Notes: a model not told the origin generated them from the letters alone. Shown: positions 49,549 through 62,388, counted from the first letter of the whole stretch. The stretch: DNA of 63,969 nt, filler included, from Licmophora abbreviata (GCA_900291995.1; 12 parts of 12 records of this genome joined end to end with filler, not necessarily neighbours in it), one strand, 5' to 3'. Program-made: numbers and translations.

Positions 49549-49843
49549 TAGTCGGCTCGTCACGCAGCTCCGAACACGGAGCCGTGTTTGAAAGAAATAA
49601 TAGCCCTCAATTTCCACCATTAGTCTCGAAGGTTTGCCTCGCGGTGCCGATCGATGTACCAAGGTTTGGTTCCGTTGCACGTATTCGTGCGACCACAGAA
49701 GCTGCCAAGAGCATCCCGAAGCATCACACATCGCATTATTTGGGGTTTCTGCTTGAGATAGAACGTCGTAATATGCACCGAACGAGGATATAGGTACCAT
49801 GTCCATTTTTCCGACACAGCACCATCCATATGAGTACAGGAGG

Positions 49844-50698
49844 TCAGCCCCACATGGTCACGCCCTCCGGCGTCTCGCCCGAGTACAATCCGCGAACGGC
49901 ATCTCTGTTGCTCTCGCTCCTCCCTCCTTCCCGAACATCTTCCATGGAGATTCCTGGTCTCCCCGCAGCCAATGCATCTGCATTCCCCAGCGCATATGCA
50001 AACTTCTTAGATGGCAGCGTCAGTCGCTCGGAGTTGGCACGGACAGTCTCAGACTGATCTCGCTGTCCAGTCTTTTTGTAATTCTGTTGAACCGCCAGCA
50101 CTTGTTCTATGACCCGTCTCCTCTGCTTATCACGTTCCTTGCAAATCCCTGGAACACTCAGAACTTCCAATCCTCGCCGACTATGCGCCGCAGATACCCA
50201 CATGTTTAGAAGCTTCAATTCGGATCGATTTGGCTCTCTTGATGATATATACTTTCCATAGACTTGTTGCATGACGCGTGTATATGTAGTCCGACTCGAT
50301 TGTCCTGTACCAACGCAATGGCCTTCTCGTATGGATCCAGCGATTGCCTTGGCTGTCGACTTGATGGCAGCGTATTCTTCCGGTTGGAACCAAGTGTCGC
50401 TTCGTTCCTGTAGTGATAGGTCGGATAGCGATGGAAGTTGACACACAACTGATGATTGAATAGAGCATCTATTGTCAGATATTGAATCAGGGCGAAATCG
50501 AACCCGTCGTCGACGTTTCTGGAGCCCCAGGGTTTCCTCTGATCCGGTCAACTCTTGAGAAGCGTGATGGCTAGTTGTTCTTTCGTGAAGTTGAAAGCCC
50601 TCTGTCGACGAGGAAAAGAGTTCCATTGATGGCTCCTCTTGTACAGGCGGCAATAAACTCGTGTTGCCACGCGACGAACGTGTATAGATGGCGTTCAT
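49844..50698 (-). CDS. Hypothetical protein, second member of the 'VxF...W...EY...RGLE' family
   Basis: RRVRF, ERSDTWFQPEEY, SRRGLEV, FAYALGNADA parallel the motifs of 29843-31669. Confidence 0.75.
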   Translation of the reverse strand: MNAIYTRSSRGNTSLLPPVQEEPSMELFSSSTEGFQLHERTTSHHASQELTGSEETLGLQKRRRRVRFRPDSISDNRCSIQSSVVCQLPSLSDLSLQERSDTWFQPEEYAAIKSTAKAIAGSIREGHCVGTGQSSRTTYTRVMQQVYGKYISSREPNRSELKLLNMWVSAAHSRRGLEVLSVPGICKERDKQRRRVIEQVLAVQQNYKKTGQRDQSETVRANSERLTLPSKKFAYALGNADALAAGRPGISMEDVREGGRSESNRDAVRGLYSGETPEGVTMWG

Positions 50699-51122
50699 GG
50701 AAGTATGGTACTTCCGTCGTGGCTTTCTCTCTCCAACAAAGGATCGCAAGGCAATGTGGTTGTTGTTGTTGTTGTTGTTGCTTTCACGTTTGTGTGCATG
50801 AAAGAGAGATGAGTTTGGGATCAAAAAGCTTTGGAAAGACCGGGACATTAATACTCAAAATGTCAGGACATTAACCTGGATGCAGGAGAGTACCGTCATG
50901 TATAGACATTCGAGGGAAAGTATGCCAGAAAGGGATAAATGGCTTATGTTTGATATTATGACTCAGACACTTTTCTCCGAGCGTAGAGTCGAGCGAGTCG
51001 AGTCTTTGAGATCCAAGAGCTCTCATCGCCATGGCATTGTGATTACGCCGGCAGCGATGTTTCCATTGACCGCCCTCGTATCGGTATCGACGTAGCGCTC
51101 GTGTCTCGTTCAAAGCGGAAGC

Positions 51123-52947
51123 ATGGTTCATGTCCCCAAGAAGTACCGCAAGCTGTTTCAGGACTCCATAGTCGTGACGATCCCGCTCGATGTGACGGCC
51201 GACTTGGGCGTTGCCATCCAGCACACGCGCCAGAAGCGAATTCGTGCGTTGCAAGAACACTTTCCGTCCTTGAAACCAGCAGATCAAGTCGGCACAATCA
51301 AGTCTCCCGATGAAACGGTGGCTTCAAAGATGGACTTGTCAGATACCAATAACAATGGCAGCGACGAGGAAGACGACGAAAAGGCTCGAGCTAGGAGCAA
51401 CGCAAAATCGCGACCGGGGATGCTGCAGCCAGGACAGTACGGGTCCGTTGTGGATTATCTGGAGGCCAAGTATGTGCGTGGTGTCATGCTTCAGGATGAC
51501 AGCGAAGAGGACGAAGACGAAGAGGACGACAGGGGATCAGTCTACGACTCGGAGAATAGCTTTGTCGACGATTCCTTGCTCAGGCGTGATCTTGCTCATC
51601 AAGTGCTCTCGCAGTCGACGCATACCAAGCTGGAACTGCAAAACAATGACGACGACTTCTTCGTCAACGTAGGAAATTTGGAAGTGGAAGGCAATGACTT
51701 GATGGAATATGACCCGCTACTTGACGAACAAAAGACCAAGAAGGCGACAAAACGGAAGCGACCCACGTCAACCGACAGCAAGGCGGCACCGAAGAAGCCA
51801 AAGGCGGGTCAAAAGGAGGGCACTAAAAGCACGTCTCTAAAGAAGCCGGACGCCCCGGGTAGTGATGATGCAGAACCAGCGGTCGATCTATCAGAGCTTC
51901 AGAAGAGTGCTGCCGAACGGAAAGCCGAAAAGGACAAGCTATACAAAACGATTGTGGACCAAATCAAAAAGATGACGAATGACGAGCTTCCTCGAAAAAA
52001 GAGAATGGTTAAAATCTCGATTGTTATCCCGGAGGGCAAATCCTCTGGCGACAAAATCACCTTCACGTACGTCAACTTTCAAGGAATGCTACCTGTGCCA
52101 TCTTTCGTGTGCTCTGAGATCTGTCAAGGCGACTCACTACAACACGCATTCTCCTCGTTCTTTCTTTAGCAATCCCAACGACCCCGGACAGAAACTTTGC
52201 GTCACAGCTCCAAAGAACAAAACTTCTGGAGACAAGTTCTTTGTCAGTGTTCCTATGCCGCCCCCCTCTGACGTGACGGACAATAAGTTTCCGCGCGAGT
52301 TCCAACATCTTATTGTCGACTACGCGACGACATACGATGCGTGGTGCGATTCGGAAGGTACGAGTCTGACGGCATGTATTCTCTGTGATAGCGTTCTTGT
52401 GGACCGGAGTCTGATGACTTTATTTTACCATCATTGTTGATCATTCGCAGCGAAGTACCACCAAGCCGACCCGGATCGCAAAGGCAAGTACAAGATCAAA
52501 CAAACCAAGACGGCCAAGTTCGATGGGCTTGTCAACGAATTTCCGAACGAAGATCTGGTCGCACCAGTTGACACTGAAATGCTTCGACTTGTCCTTCGAC
52601 GCGTCCGTCAGAATATTTCGAAACGCAAGAAAGTATCCGGAGCAGCGAAGGACGACACGGAAGCGGCTTCCTCTACTGCTGCTGCGGCAAAGGATCCAGG
52701 AGATGCCAAGCCTCGCGCGAAGAAACTGAAGATAGGGGCGAGGCCCATAACAAAGTCCAAGTTGAAGAAACCGAGCAGCCCCAAGGCAAGACCGCATGTA
52801 AAGAGTCCAGCCAAGCCAAAGCCATCCGTCGCGAAGCCGAAGCTCGATAGTGTACATAGGGCCGCAGAGACAATTCCTATTCGTGTACCAGGGAAAGGCG
52901 CAGTGTTTTCGCAATTCGAGATGGGCAGTGTCGAGGAATTCGGATAG
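51123..52947 (+). CDS. HPC2/ubinuclein (HUN domain) HIRA-complex subunit
   Basis: VVDYLEAKY, YDSENSFVDDS, FFVNVGNLE; introns 52067-52169 and 52358-52450; K-rich tail. Confidence 0.8.
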
Positions 52948-52992
52948 AGAATCTGTATTAGAGAAGCTAACCTAGTAGGTATCTACTTAGGA

Positions 52993-54213
52993 CTAGTCTA
53001 TCGAAAAAATCTGAATCCATCCTTTGTCGCTACCACAAACAAGCCGTTGTTGTTGCTGCTGCTGCTGAGTAGAGGCAGTCGTATGGATAGTCCAAATTGT
53101 TTGATCGCAATGGAACGTATGTACAGGCGCGTCACAGTGACCAACGTCCCACACGTGAAGCTTGCGATCGGCGCCACACGTGACGAAGCGACGACTGTCG
53201 TCGAAAGTGGCAGCCCCGAGAATCCAGGTCGCATGCGCCTGTACGACATGATGGACCAGTGTCGGTACTTTACGATTAACGTCCCATACACAAAGCATAC
53301 CATGATCGCACCCTGTAATGAGCAGTTGTGCGTCCGGCGTGAACGCGACCGCGCGAACAGGACGAGAGTGGTGCAGCAACCGATGCGTCCCCTGCTTCGT
53401 AGAGGGAATAATATCGACGACGCCGTCCTTGCGACCGACCACAATGCAGTTCTTCAAGGGATGCCATGCAAGGCTGAGTACGATAGCACCCCCTCCCCGC
53501 CTGTCGAGTATTGTTCCGGCTGGTGAGGGCTCCTTTGGTTTGCCCATGGTAGTACTTGTAGTAGGTGTCGAGATTCCCAAAGCCACCATGGCGACGGATC
53601 CATCCAAACATGCAACTGCCGCAATCACATCCCCATGTCCCAGAATCGAGGGAGGGCACAATGAAAGTATCGTTCCCGTCGCCGATTCGACTTGGAATTC
53701 TTGTGAGGCAACCATCTTTCGGGTCGTCGATTGCGTTGTGGAGTCGTCCCCCTGGCCGACATGAGGCAATACTTTATTGAGTGCCTCCTGCGTACTTGTC
53801 CATATTCTGACTCGCCCAACCATATCAAGCGATGCGATTATATAATCTCCAGTAGTGTCATCCTCTCCGACATAGTTTCGTGTCACTGACACCTGACTGC
53901 ACCCCAGCGCCGCATTCCGTGGAGACAACGAGACAGGAATAGGAGGGTAAACTTGTTTGGTTCCGACTAGCGCGTGAGTCAGCGTCAATGTCAAGGCAGA
54001 AGCGTCTAACGTGTTATCTTCGGAGATTGCCTTTTCTTGCAAGTGATAACCTTTGACGATTCCATCTGCACTGGCTGCCCAAAGCAAGGTCGAAGTCTGT
54101 TGCGGTCGTTCTAGTGTTGAGCCTGACGCCAGAAGAGTGCTGCTTTGAACCTGCCAAATTGGAATTTCTTCGTCGCTTACGTGCTGTCGGTGAAGACTGC
54201 GATAGCCGCTCAT
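52993..54213 (-). CDS. WD40-repeat protein (WDR61/Ski8-like)
   Basis: VLSLAWHP, HSRPVRAVAFTPD, LCVWD, HATWI, ADRKLHVWD. Confidence 0.85.
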   Translation of the reverse strand: MSGYRSLHRQHVSDEEIPIWQVQSSTLLASGSTLERPQQTSTLLWAASADGIVKGYHLQEKAISEDNTLDASALTLTLTHALVGTKQVYPPIPVSLSPRNAALGCSQVSVTRNYVGEDDTTGDYIIASLDMVGRVRIWTSTQEALNKVLPHVGQGDDSTTQSTTRKMVASQEFQVESATGTILSLCPPSILGHGDVIAAVACLDGSVAMVALGISTPTTSTTMGKPKEPSPAGTILDRRGGGAIVLSLAWHPLKNCIVVGRKDGVVDIIPSTKQGTHRLLHHSRPVRAVAFTPDAQLLITGCDHGMLCVWDVNRKVPTLVHHVVQAHATWILGAATFDDSRRFVTCGADRKLHVWDVGHCDAPVHTFHCDQTIWTIHTTASTQQQQQQQRLVCGSDKGWIQIFSID

Positions 54214-55679
54214 GCTACTCTAGGAGGGCGATCTCTGCTTTAGATCTGTGTCGATGAAACGGCCGCAATGGAGCATGAGATCCTTTACTCAGACTTGTGC
54301 TCGTCGATCGTCGAGAAGTTGAAATGATCGGTGGCGGCGTGTGGTGTGTGATGACTGACGCGATACTTATCGACGACGAAAGCTTGCGAGCCAATCTTGA
54401 GTCGAGCGAGTCAATAGTTTGGCGCGAAATGGAGACCAAAAATCTCGCACAACACCACGCATCTTCCCGCCAAAAAATGACAGCACGTAGAAACATACTG
54501 CGAGCCTACTGCGGCCGAGTTACACCGCGATCTCATCCGAAGAATCTCTCACTTTTTTGCTTTCGTGATCAGCTTGATCTTCTTGCCATATCCTTCTTCT
54601 TCTCCTCCTTCTTCACCGCTCTTCCTTCCTCAACCATGAATCCACCGAACCAGCCGAACGAGAAGTTTATCTGTGTCAGGGATGTTGATTCCCTCTTAAA
54701 CCCATCTTCGTTCCCATGATGCTTCCCTTGATGCCGTCCACGCCGTCCTTGTCGAAGACGTTGCGACGATCCAGCGGGAGATCGATATTCGTTGAGTTTG
54801 TGCGTGCATGTGATCACGAGGCTGCTAAAATGCTTACTTCTCTATTCTCCTCCTCTTCCTCTACTGTTCCCGCCATCCAACGAGTCAACGACGAAACGGC
54901 GCAGCTCAAGAAGGAAGCGGGGCTGGCCGAGCATTCTGCTTCGATCGAGGGGACCCAGCCCAGGAGAAGTGACTCATGACAGCAGTGAGCACCAGCAGCT
55001 CTGCGCGAGGGCATTTTCTACTGAAGGATGCAAACTACTTCTACTCTATATACAACAGTGACAAGGACAAGGGGGATACGAGCGAGTATGAGGTACGAAT
55101 ATATATACAAGTATACAATAACCTTCTATAGCATTGGTGGAAGATAGTCATCTGTTGCCGTCATACGAGTAGATCAAAGTTTCAGGAGCGACCTCTAGCT
55201 ATCGTCAATCGTCGTCAACATGTCGATTCGTTACATTGGTCACCGCCCACTCATGGAAAGTGACACAACGTGAGCGGCGAGTACCTCCCAGTATAGCGTC
55301 TCTGTAGACTCATCAACCTTCCGACATCGTGGTCGCTGCCCCACTTCGGTTCTGTACGTGGGAGCAACAAACGCCGTGTCGTCATGGCCAACCAAAACCA
55401 ATAATGCACGCGCCACTAAAACAGAATCGATACGGGATATCCATGAGGACTCCTTCGATAAAAACTACTGCGAAAGAGTAACTTCAACGAACGTCTCAAC
55501 TTGACCAGAGGAAATGTCCACGAGAATGCATCGTAGGCTTCATCGAAAAGATCAATTGGCGTTGGTAATTTTGAGTTATCCGCATAGTCTCCTATTGCTA
55601 CTATCGTATCACTGCATCATTGGGAACCTGTTGTACCAGAATGATGCATTGGTTTGTACACTTCTTCTTCTTCTTCTCG

Positions 55680-56964
55680 TCAATGGTGTCGAGGATGTTG
55701 TCGGTTGCTCTCATGCTCGTAGCTGAGCCACAGTATGCCAAACACGGTGATAATAGCGGAGAGGAACCAGTTCACAATCGTCCTTCGTCCTTGGATCTCA
55801 CCATGGTACAGAATGCCCCAGAGGCCACTCACTAGAATCTGGAACTCTACACAACTGTTGCCGACCGCCTGGCCGAGAACACGAACCGCAAGAATGCTTC
55901 CAAACATGCCGATACTAAACAGTATGCCCGCGAGGAGACCAGGAATGAACGATTCTCGAACATGCCACCGCGGCAGTGCCTGGAGCGCCTTGGATACTTC
56001 CCATTCCTTCTGGTCGAGTTGATAGACAAAGAGCGCGAGCCACATGGCAGCATTGACAAGCACCGATCCGGAAGCAAACGAAACAAGAAAGCCAGCGCCA
56101 CTGTAGCCTGCTTCAGATGCATAATGCATCGGAATGAGACACGTCCCGCCCCATAGTCCATTTACGACAGCGCCGAGGAGCCCGAACTGGCGGAGCGTGA
56201 TCGACACACGACCTCCACAATAGACGACACGATCCTTCGCGAGTGGATCTTTCGCTGCCGAGTAGCGACTCTCATCGTCTGTGTCCGAGGATGAAGAAGT
56301 ATCCGCGGGTTCATTGTTTCCTAATTCAATTTCGGACAATCGCTTCCTCAGATTCGTTCGTCGCCCGCGTGAGGACAGAGGCACGAGCTCCTTCTCTCCA
56401 GCCCCAAGGGCAACGCCTTGTTCCTTCTTGGAGCTACTGCCTGCCGACACAACCATGCCGACCAGTCCAACAACAAGAAGCAAGAAAGCACCGACTGTTC
56501 CCGAAAAGCTCTTAACAGCTTCCTGAAAGATAAGGCATCCCCAAAAGAAGTTGCACAAGACGCAGAGAGAAGCCCACGTCCCAATGGCACTGGCCATGCC
56601 CGCATACTTGATTGCCGACACGCCCAAGGTACCGCCTGGAACCCAAAAGATTGCTGCCGCGATGCCCCATGCTGTAAACTTGATTTCTTCTCCGAAAAAT
56701 ATGGCCAGCCAACAAGTTAGGAAAAACACAATCGTCTTGTAGGACTGTGTAGAGTAGAAAGGACCAGGCGTGAGTGATTGTGTCCCGGATCGACAAGGCC
56801 AGACCTTCTTCGGAGAAGCAACGTACCTGTATGACCAGAGCATCCAGCTCCAAGTGTCTGACGGCCTTCACCGGCAGTCCGTAGGAGCCATAGGCTACAG
56901 CGCCGACGAGCGCAGCAGTCCAGCCACAGAGCTCCGTGCAGCCGTCGAGAATTGAGACTGGCAT
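55680..56964 (-). CDS. TMEM144-like drug/metabolite transporter superfamily protein
   Basis: AYGSYGLPVK; intron 56745-56826; QSYKT, WG...FQE, LGQAVG, SGLWGILYHGEI; about 10 TMs. Confidence 0.85.
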
Positions 56965-57700
56965 CACTACTTTTATGAGTAAATTGAATTTTGCATGTGA
57001 CGCGACTGTCGAATCTTCCCGCCTCCTCTGCGATCTGAGCTAGTGAACACCTTATCAAGTATCGACGAAATAACACCCATCCAGTAGCCAGAGGGTGAAA
57101 CAAGAGAGCGAAAAGAAAGGTTTCGGTATAATCCTGCTTGCAGCCAGTGTGAGATGACGACGACGACGAGAAAGGCTCTTCGCCGAGATGCTATAAGTAC
57201 AAAAATAGGATCACATAATAATTTATGGTAAATACGTCAAATAAGTCCTTTGAATACATATGGAATCTTCGTCTTCTTTTGTCGTTTTGCTCGCACGCGA
57301 TTTCAATGATGACCACCGCGCCGGCCAGCGTCGCGCGCAAGCCGAGCTTACGCGGAGTTGAGGTAAGAGAGTGTGGTGCGTTGTCGAGATATTGGGATTG
57401 ATTCATTGACGACGAGCGGCATGCCTGCCAATACCGGTACTTCTATCATAGGAAGGTCACAGTACATCCTTGACTGCAGCCAGTATGAACTCATCCCCGT
57501 GTTTCCTATAATGGGTACCTGCGCAAGGAGACATGGTAAATCGACGCACGCAGGTTCACATGCTAATAAAGTACTGCTCTCACAATACGTAGAGTTCACA
57601 GCAATTCAAAGCTCGATGGTAGTAACGTCATATATAATGTTATCAAGGGGGTCCTACATTGAACTAGAGCGATCTTTGGCCTAATGGAGTGCATCCTTTC

Positions 57701-59679
57701 CTACTTCTGCTTCAACATCTCGTTCACAACCTGGGTCACGGTGATTTCGTCCATGCTACCGACCCCAATGTTGGCTGCCTCGAGGCGCTCGAGTATCTCG
57801 ACGCTCTGGCGGTCTTCGTAAAAGCCAAGCTCGCGAAGCTGAGTCAGCTGAGGGGCCCAGCGCTCCAACACAATATCGGCAATCGGCGCGTCCGAGGAGA
57901 TCGACGGAACAGACGTGGGTACGCTCGACGACGCGGACAGAACCGAAGCTTCGAGGTTGCCAACTACGTGAACCTCCTCGGAAGTATTGAGATCGCTCTG
58001 GTACAGGGCAGATCCAATCGCTTCTAGAGCGCCAGCAATCATTTCGTCGCGGGCTTCTTCGCCGACAACGCTCCAATCGTCCTCGCTCTGGACCGACTTT
58101 TTGTCTTCGTCTTCCTCGACAGTGGAGACCGCGGTTGCCTCGACGATGGTTGCACCAACAACGTCGGCGGTGATGGCACTTCCGCACGATGGGACACTGT
58201 CATCGCTCTCAACGACAATCTCACGTTCGGCCTCTTCGGAATCGCTTCCAACGACAATCTCACGTTCGGCCTTTTCCGAGGCGTCATCAGCCTTGGACTC
58301 GCGGTCGAGCTCGTCCATCATGGCGTCAATGGCTTCTGCGCACTGATCGAGAGTAGCACCAAGAACTTGGGCGACATCGCCATTTCCAGCGGCATCCGAA
58401 GAGAAAGAATCTTCCTTGGTCGTCGCAGTTTCAGTGGGTGGAACATCCTCCGCCTTCGGTTCTTCGGCAGCAGCCAGAGGCTTGGAGTCTTCCATCGGGG
58501 ACGTCGGCTCGGGCACTTCGACGGGCTTGGCCTCCTCTTCCGTACCGACAACCTTCTCCTTTTGCAAGACGGCCATGTCCTGAAGGCTACGACGGAGAGC
58601 TTCCTTGAGGGCCATTTCGTCGCGCTTGCCCGGATTCACGGCGTGGCGTCCGCGAGGGCCGGGCATGTGACGTCCGCGAGGGCCATTGGGAGCACGACCG
58701 TGACGGGGGCGGGGACCTGCGAACCTACCACGCCCGTAGATGGCGCGCTTATGGTTCCAGCGATTCTGGAACGGCATATCGCGGTCTGAAAGCGAAAACA
58801 TCACAGAGCGTCGTATATTTTAAAGATAGTTAGAATCGCGTTCGTGGCCATATTAGCATACAACGAACAGGCATACACGCGTCGGATACTTACCAAGCTT
58901 GGCTTCTTCGAACTGAATGTAGTCTCCCTTGTAGTTGTCACGGCATTTTGCACAGAGATCGTAGTCCGGGAGATTCTTGGCATGGAAACGGGTGCCAACA
59001 ATGGGAGTGCAAAGGCACCCATCACATGTGTGACGACCGTGAATGAAGGGACGCTCATCCACTTCATTCTCGTCCTTGGGAGCCTCCTCTGTTGGCTTGT
59101 CCTCCTTTTCTTCTCCAGTCAAATCAATGGCTCTCTCAGGGGTGCTGCCTGGCATGGGGGTATCGTCCTCCTCCTCGCCATCGTTGTCTCCATTGGGAGC
59201 GACGGCGGCTGGGGCGACGACTGAGGGACAGGCCAACACACGCGACGAAGCGACCGGTCCGGCGGGATTAATCTGAGCCTGAATGGCAACCACGGCGGCA
59301 GCCAAAACGGAAGCAAACGCCTCAAGGGCACTCTGTAGCTGCGCGTGTGCTTTGCGCTGGGGAGACGTCGCGGGCGGCGACGAGCGGCGAATCGGAGACG
59401 ACCCACGACTCGGCGTGCGCGGGGGCGTCGTGAAGCTATTGGTATGCCTCTTTCGCTTCACGTCCGTTGTAATACGAAGAACTTTCTCATTGACGGCGGA
59501 AAACTGATCAATGGCGTCAACAAGCTCAGCGGTAGAAGCGATGGTTACACAATCGTTATCGACATCGTAGTACGTGAAGACCGTCTTGTAGTCCTCCGGG
59601 TTTAGAGGAGCCGAAGGAAACGTGTATTGGATCGCGATCTCCACTAGGCAATCATACGACACGGCATCGTTAACAGCGA
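57701..59679 (-). CDS. NBR1: NBR1/p62-like selective autophagy receptor (PB1-ZZ-UIM-LIR-UBA), 5'-truncated
   Basis: PB1 acidic YYDVDNDCVTIAS; ZZ HTCDGC...RF....DYDLC..C; LIR EDDWSVV; UBA QLRELGF; intron 58786-58893. Confidence 0.85.
58202..58279. repeat. In-frame 39-bp tandem duplication
   Basis: 58202-58240 and 58241-58279 encode SEKAEREIVVGSD / SEEAEREIVVESD. Confidence 0.9.
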
Positions 59680-59779
59680 NNNNNNNNNNNNNNNNNNNNN
59701 NNNNNNNNNNNNNNNNNNNNNNNTTAATTAATTAANNNNNNNNNNNNNNNNNNNNNNNNNNNNNNNNNNNNNNNNNNNN
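59680..59779. other. Artificial contig spacer
   Basis: N44-TTAATTAATTAA-N44. Confidence 0.98.
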
Positions 59780-60835
59780 AGAGAACTAAGTCGAACGTCC
59801 CCTTCCGCTCATGCGCTGTTGAATGCTAGGGCTAGAAGGGACGAGTCGAATCGTTCACTGACTACGGACGATATAGAGCGTTTCACAAGAACTGAGCAAA
59901 GACAAGAGAGTGATCCAAGAAGAGTGTCCTCACTGGGAGTGGTGGGATCAAGTCATTCGCTGAATCATCGATCGATACTGAAAGAAGGAAAATATGGGAG
60001 CTCACGAGACCTGTCATCGAGCCTTATCTCGCGAGCCAGTCAACCGAGTTTGAGCGTGTCGTTCTCGTGCGTGACTGTTATACCATCCGAGGATCTTCCT
60101 GTACAAAATCGACGCCCCGGGAGGCGTAGTCCGTCAATACCTAGGGGAAGGACTAGTCCGTCAATGGTAAGACAAGGGCGACGAAGTCCCTCCATGACAA
60201 TGCAAGGGCGACGGTTGCAAGGGCGGGCAAGTCCATCGGCGAACGCTCTAGTCCAGCGCCAAGAAAGGCTAGCGAAGTCGTACGATAAGGGACCACTCGA
60301 AGCACAACATCAAGGCATGGACCGACGAGCCCACCCCACCAGTCGACAAGTTACCCGGGAAGCGCCACAGAGCGGTGGTCGCACGCCTCAACGGGACTCG
60401 TACAGCCTACAAGAACTCCAACGGATTGGCGACAGCCAGAGAGGAATACACTCGGATCCCAGGTACACACGGGTTCAATCTTCACGCGATGTCATGAGAG
60501 GTCACCCCGATCTCCGGTTGGCTCACGAACAGTCTAGTCGATCGCTACCGAGCGAGCGACCTGACAAGACTGGTCGTCGTCAGCCCTTCGACGATCCCAC
60601 AAGGCGCCAGCAAGACCGCAAGGGCCCCTCTCCTCCCCAAGGCTACAATCCCAGCGCAGGCGCTCCCTTTTACTCGCAGAATGACATGGCAGCTTCTTCG
60701 AAGAAGTTGGGGGGCCTCAAGAAGTTACTCGGGGGCGGCCGAAAGAAGCAGACAGACACATTGCCCGCTCTGGATCATGTACAAATTCGGCTAGCAACAG
60801 CGAACGCAGCGTTTGCTGCAATGGACAAGCGATAA
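59780..60835 (+). CDS. R/S/Q-rich disordered hypothetical protein, probably 5'-truncated
   Basis: Open frame of more than 330 codons; repeated GRxSPS motifs; RSILK...LSVSF. Confidence 0.65.
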   Translation, partial: RELSRTSPSAHALLNARARRDESNRSLTTDDIERFTRTEQRQESDPRRVSSLGVVGSSHSLNHRSILKEGKYGSSRDLSSSLISRASQPSLSVSFSCVTVIPSEDLPVQNRRPGRRSPSIPRGRTSPSMVRQGRRSPSMTMQGRRLQGRASPSANALVQRQERLAKSYDKGPLEAQHQGMDRRAHPTSRQVTREAPQSGGRTPQRDSYSLQELQRIGDSQRGIHSDPRYTRVQSSRDVMRGHPDLRLAHEQSSRSLPSERPDKTGRRQPFDDPTRRQQDRKGPSPPQGYNPSAGAPFYSQNDMAASSKKLGGLKKLLGGGRKKQTDTLPALDHVQIRLATANAAFAAMDKR

Positions 60836-61310
60836 AACTGATGAGCGCATCACACTCTATCCACCGACCGAATGTCGGATACGGATTTATTTTTATTAAT
60901 TCATACGTTTGATATTATAGCACTGAGTTTCATACGAAGTTATAGCAAGAGAGAGAAAAATCAAAACAAAAAGAACAGATGGCTGTTCCGGACTGGAACG
61001 GGGAGCTTAAAGGGCTAGTTTTTGTTTGCTGTGAGCCATCTGAAAGAGGAAAGCGTTGGAACTTCATAATCTCTGCCCATTTGATTCGTGTATGGAAGAG
61101 AATGATGAATGGTGAGGCCATTCGCCCCAGTCCTGCCTGCGAGTCGTGCTATATCACATCATCCATCGATTTCCGGCGAGATCGAATGAACTTCGCATAC
61201 GACCTCCGGGTCGTTTTCTAGAGGGTCCCCGGGCGCGCGCCATATTTTTTGGCCTCAACACAGTTGATGACGACGCGTGCGAGGCCGGAAAATCAGATGA
61301 TGAGCACACT

Positions 61311-62288
61311 ATGCTCTGGCGTGTCACAAAAGCAGACGTCAATCATGATACGATGAGTGACACAGCATCGCACTCGCGCAAGAAGACACGCAGCATCTTT
61401 CAGAAGCTGCCGTCGCAGCGTCGGAAACGTCGGCGAGAACGAAGTCGGGAAAAGCAAAAGCTAGAAGAGTCTGTATACGCGGCGGCACCCGAAGAAGCTC
61501 AAGATCGGACATCGGCGACGAGCGACAAAGAGGAATGTGCGCTTGACGAGAAAACCCATCAAAGGCAAGATCGAAAAGCTGGAGAGGATGATACGGTTGA
61601 TGTAGAGTCGCTGGAAGAGGATCGCACAGAGTGCGTGCGTATGCATGTCGGCGAAGTTGACTTGAGTTCGACGACTCACGACGGGGTGCAGATTGAGGAG
61701 AGGAACGACCGACAAATGGAGTACCAGACTAAGAAACAGGATTCCCTAGGCACGAGAAAGAAAGAGATCCAGGTCAGAGATAACGACTGCGACTTGGTTC
61801 AAAGACTGCAACACGAACTGAAGGAAACCAGGAGCCAACTTGCCGACACAAGCGGCAGACTTGACGACGCCCTTGAAGAGTATGCAAAGATCAAACGCAA
61901 GTACTCGCATCTGAAGAAAGAGTACTTTCGATGGTTTCGCACTATTAAGAATGAGTGGCTTCCGCAGAAACGTTCAGAGCCGGACGACCACGCCGAAATG
62001 CCACGAATCTCAGACCTAAGCCCCGACGTGAACAGTGACAGTGCGCCCGTGTCGAGTCAGGCAACCGCAGACCGTGAAAATGGACGCGAGCGACGACTTC
62101 CTCTTGAAACGAACTCGTCCAAGCCACCGCGCGACGAGGCGTCGAGCTGCACTGTCACACCTTCTCCGTGGATGCGAGAACAGAAGCCAGTGTCGACAAC
62201 TCCCCGATCGGCATCATCAGAAATAAAACCCAAACGTCTGTTGCACCGCGCTAATACGGAAAAGGAAAATTGCGCAAATGATGTCTAT
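61311..62288 (+). CDS. Charged coiled-coil hypothetical protein, 3'-truncated
   Basis: Open frame to contig end; NLS-like RRKRRR; heptad segment; KEN motif; start uncertain. Confidence 0.6.
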
Positions 62289-62388
62289 NNNNNNNNNNNN
62301 NNNNNNNNNNNNNNNNNNNNNNNNNNNNNNNNTTAATTAATTAANNNNNNNNNNNNNNNNNNNNNNNNNNNNNNNNNNNNNNNNNNNN
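62289..62388. other. Artificial contig spacer
   Basis: N44-TTAATTAATTAA-N44. Confidence 0.98.

Noticed and set aside
49549..49806. Minus-strand ORF running into the contig end
   Set aside because: Short, truncated, starts only 38 nt after the neighbouring stop codon; no motif.
54636..54979. Coding-like fragments MNPPNQPNEKF.../HDASLDAVHAVLVEDV.../VNDETAQLKKEAG after a CT-rich leader
   Set aside because: A gene model needs at least one or two assumed indels plus an uncertain intron; cannot be supported without reads.
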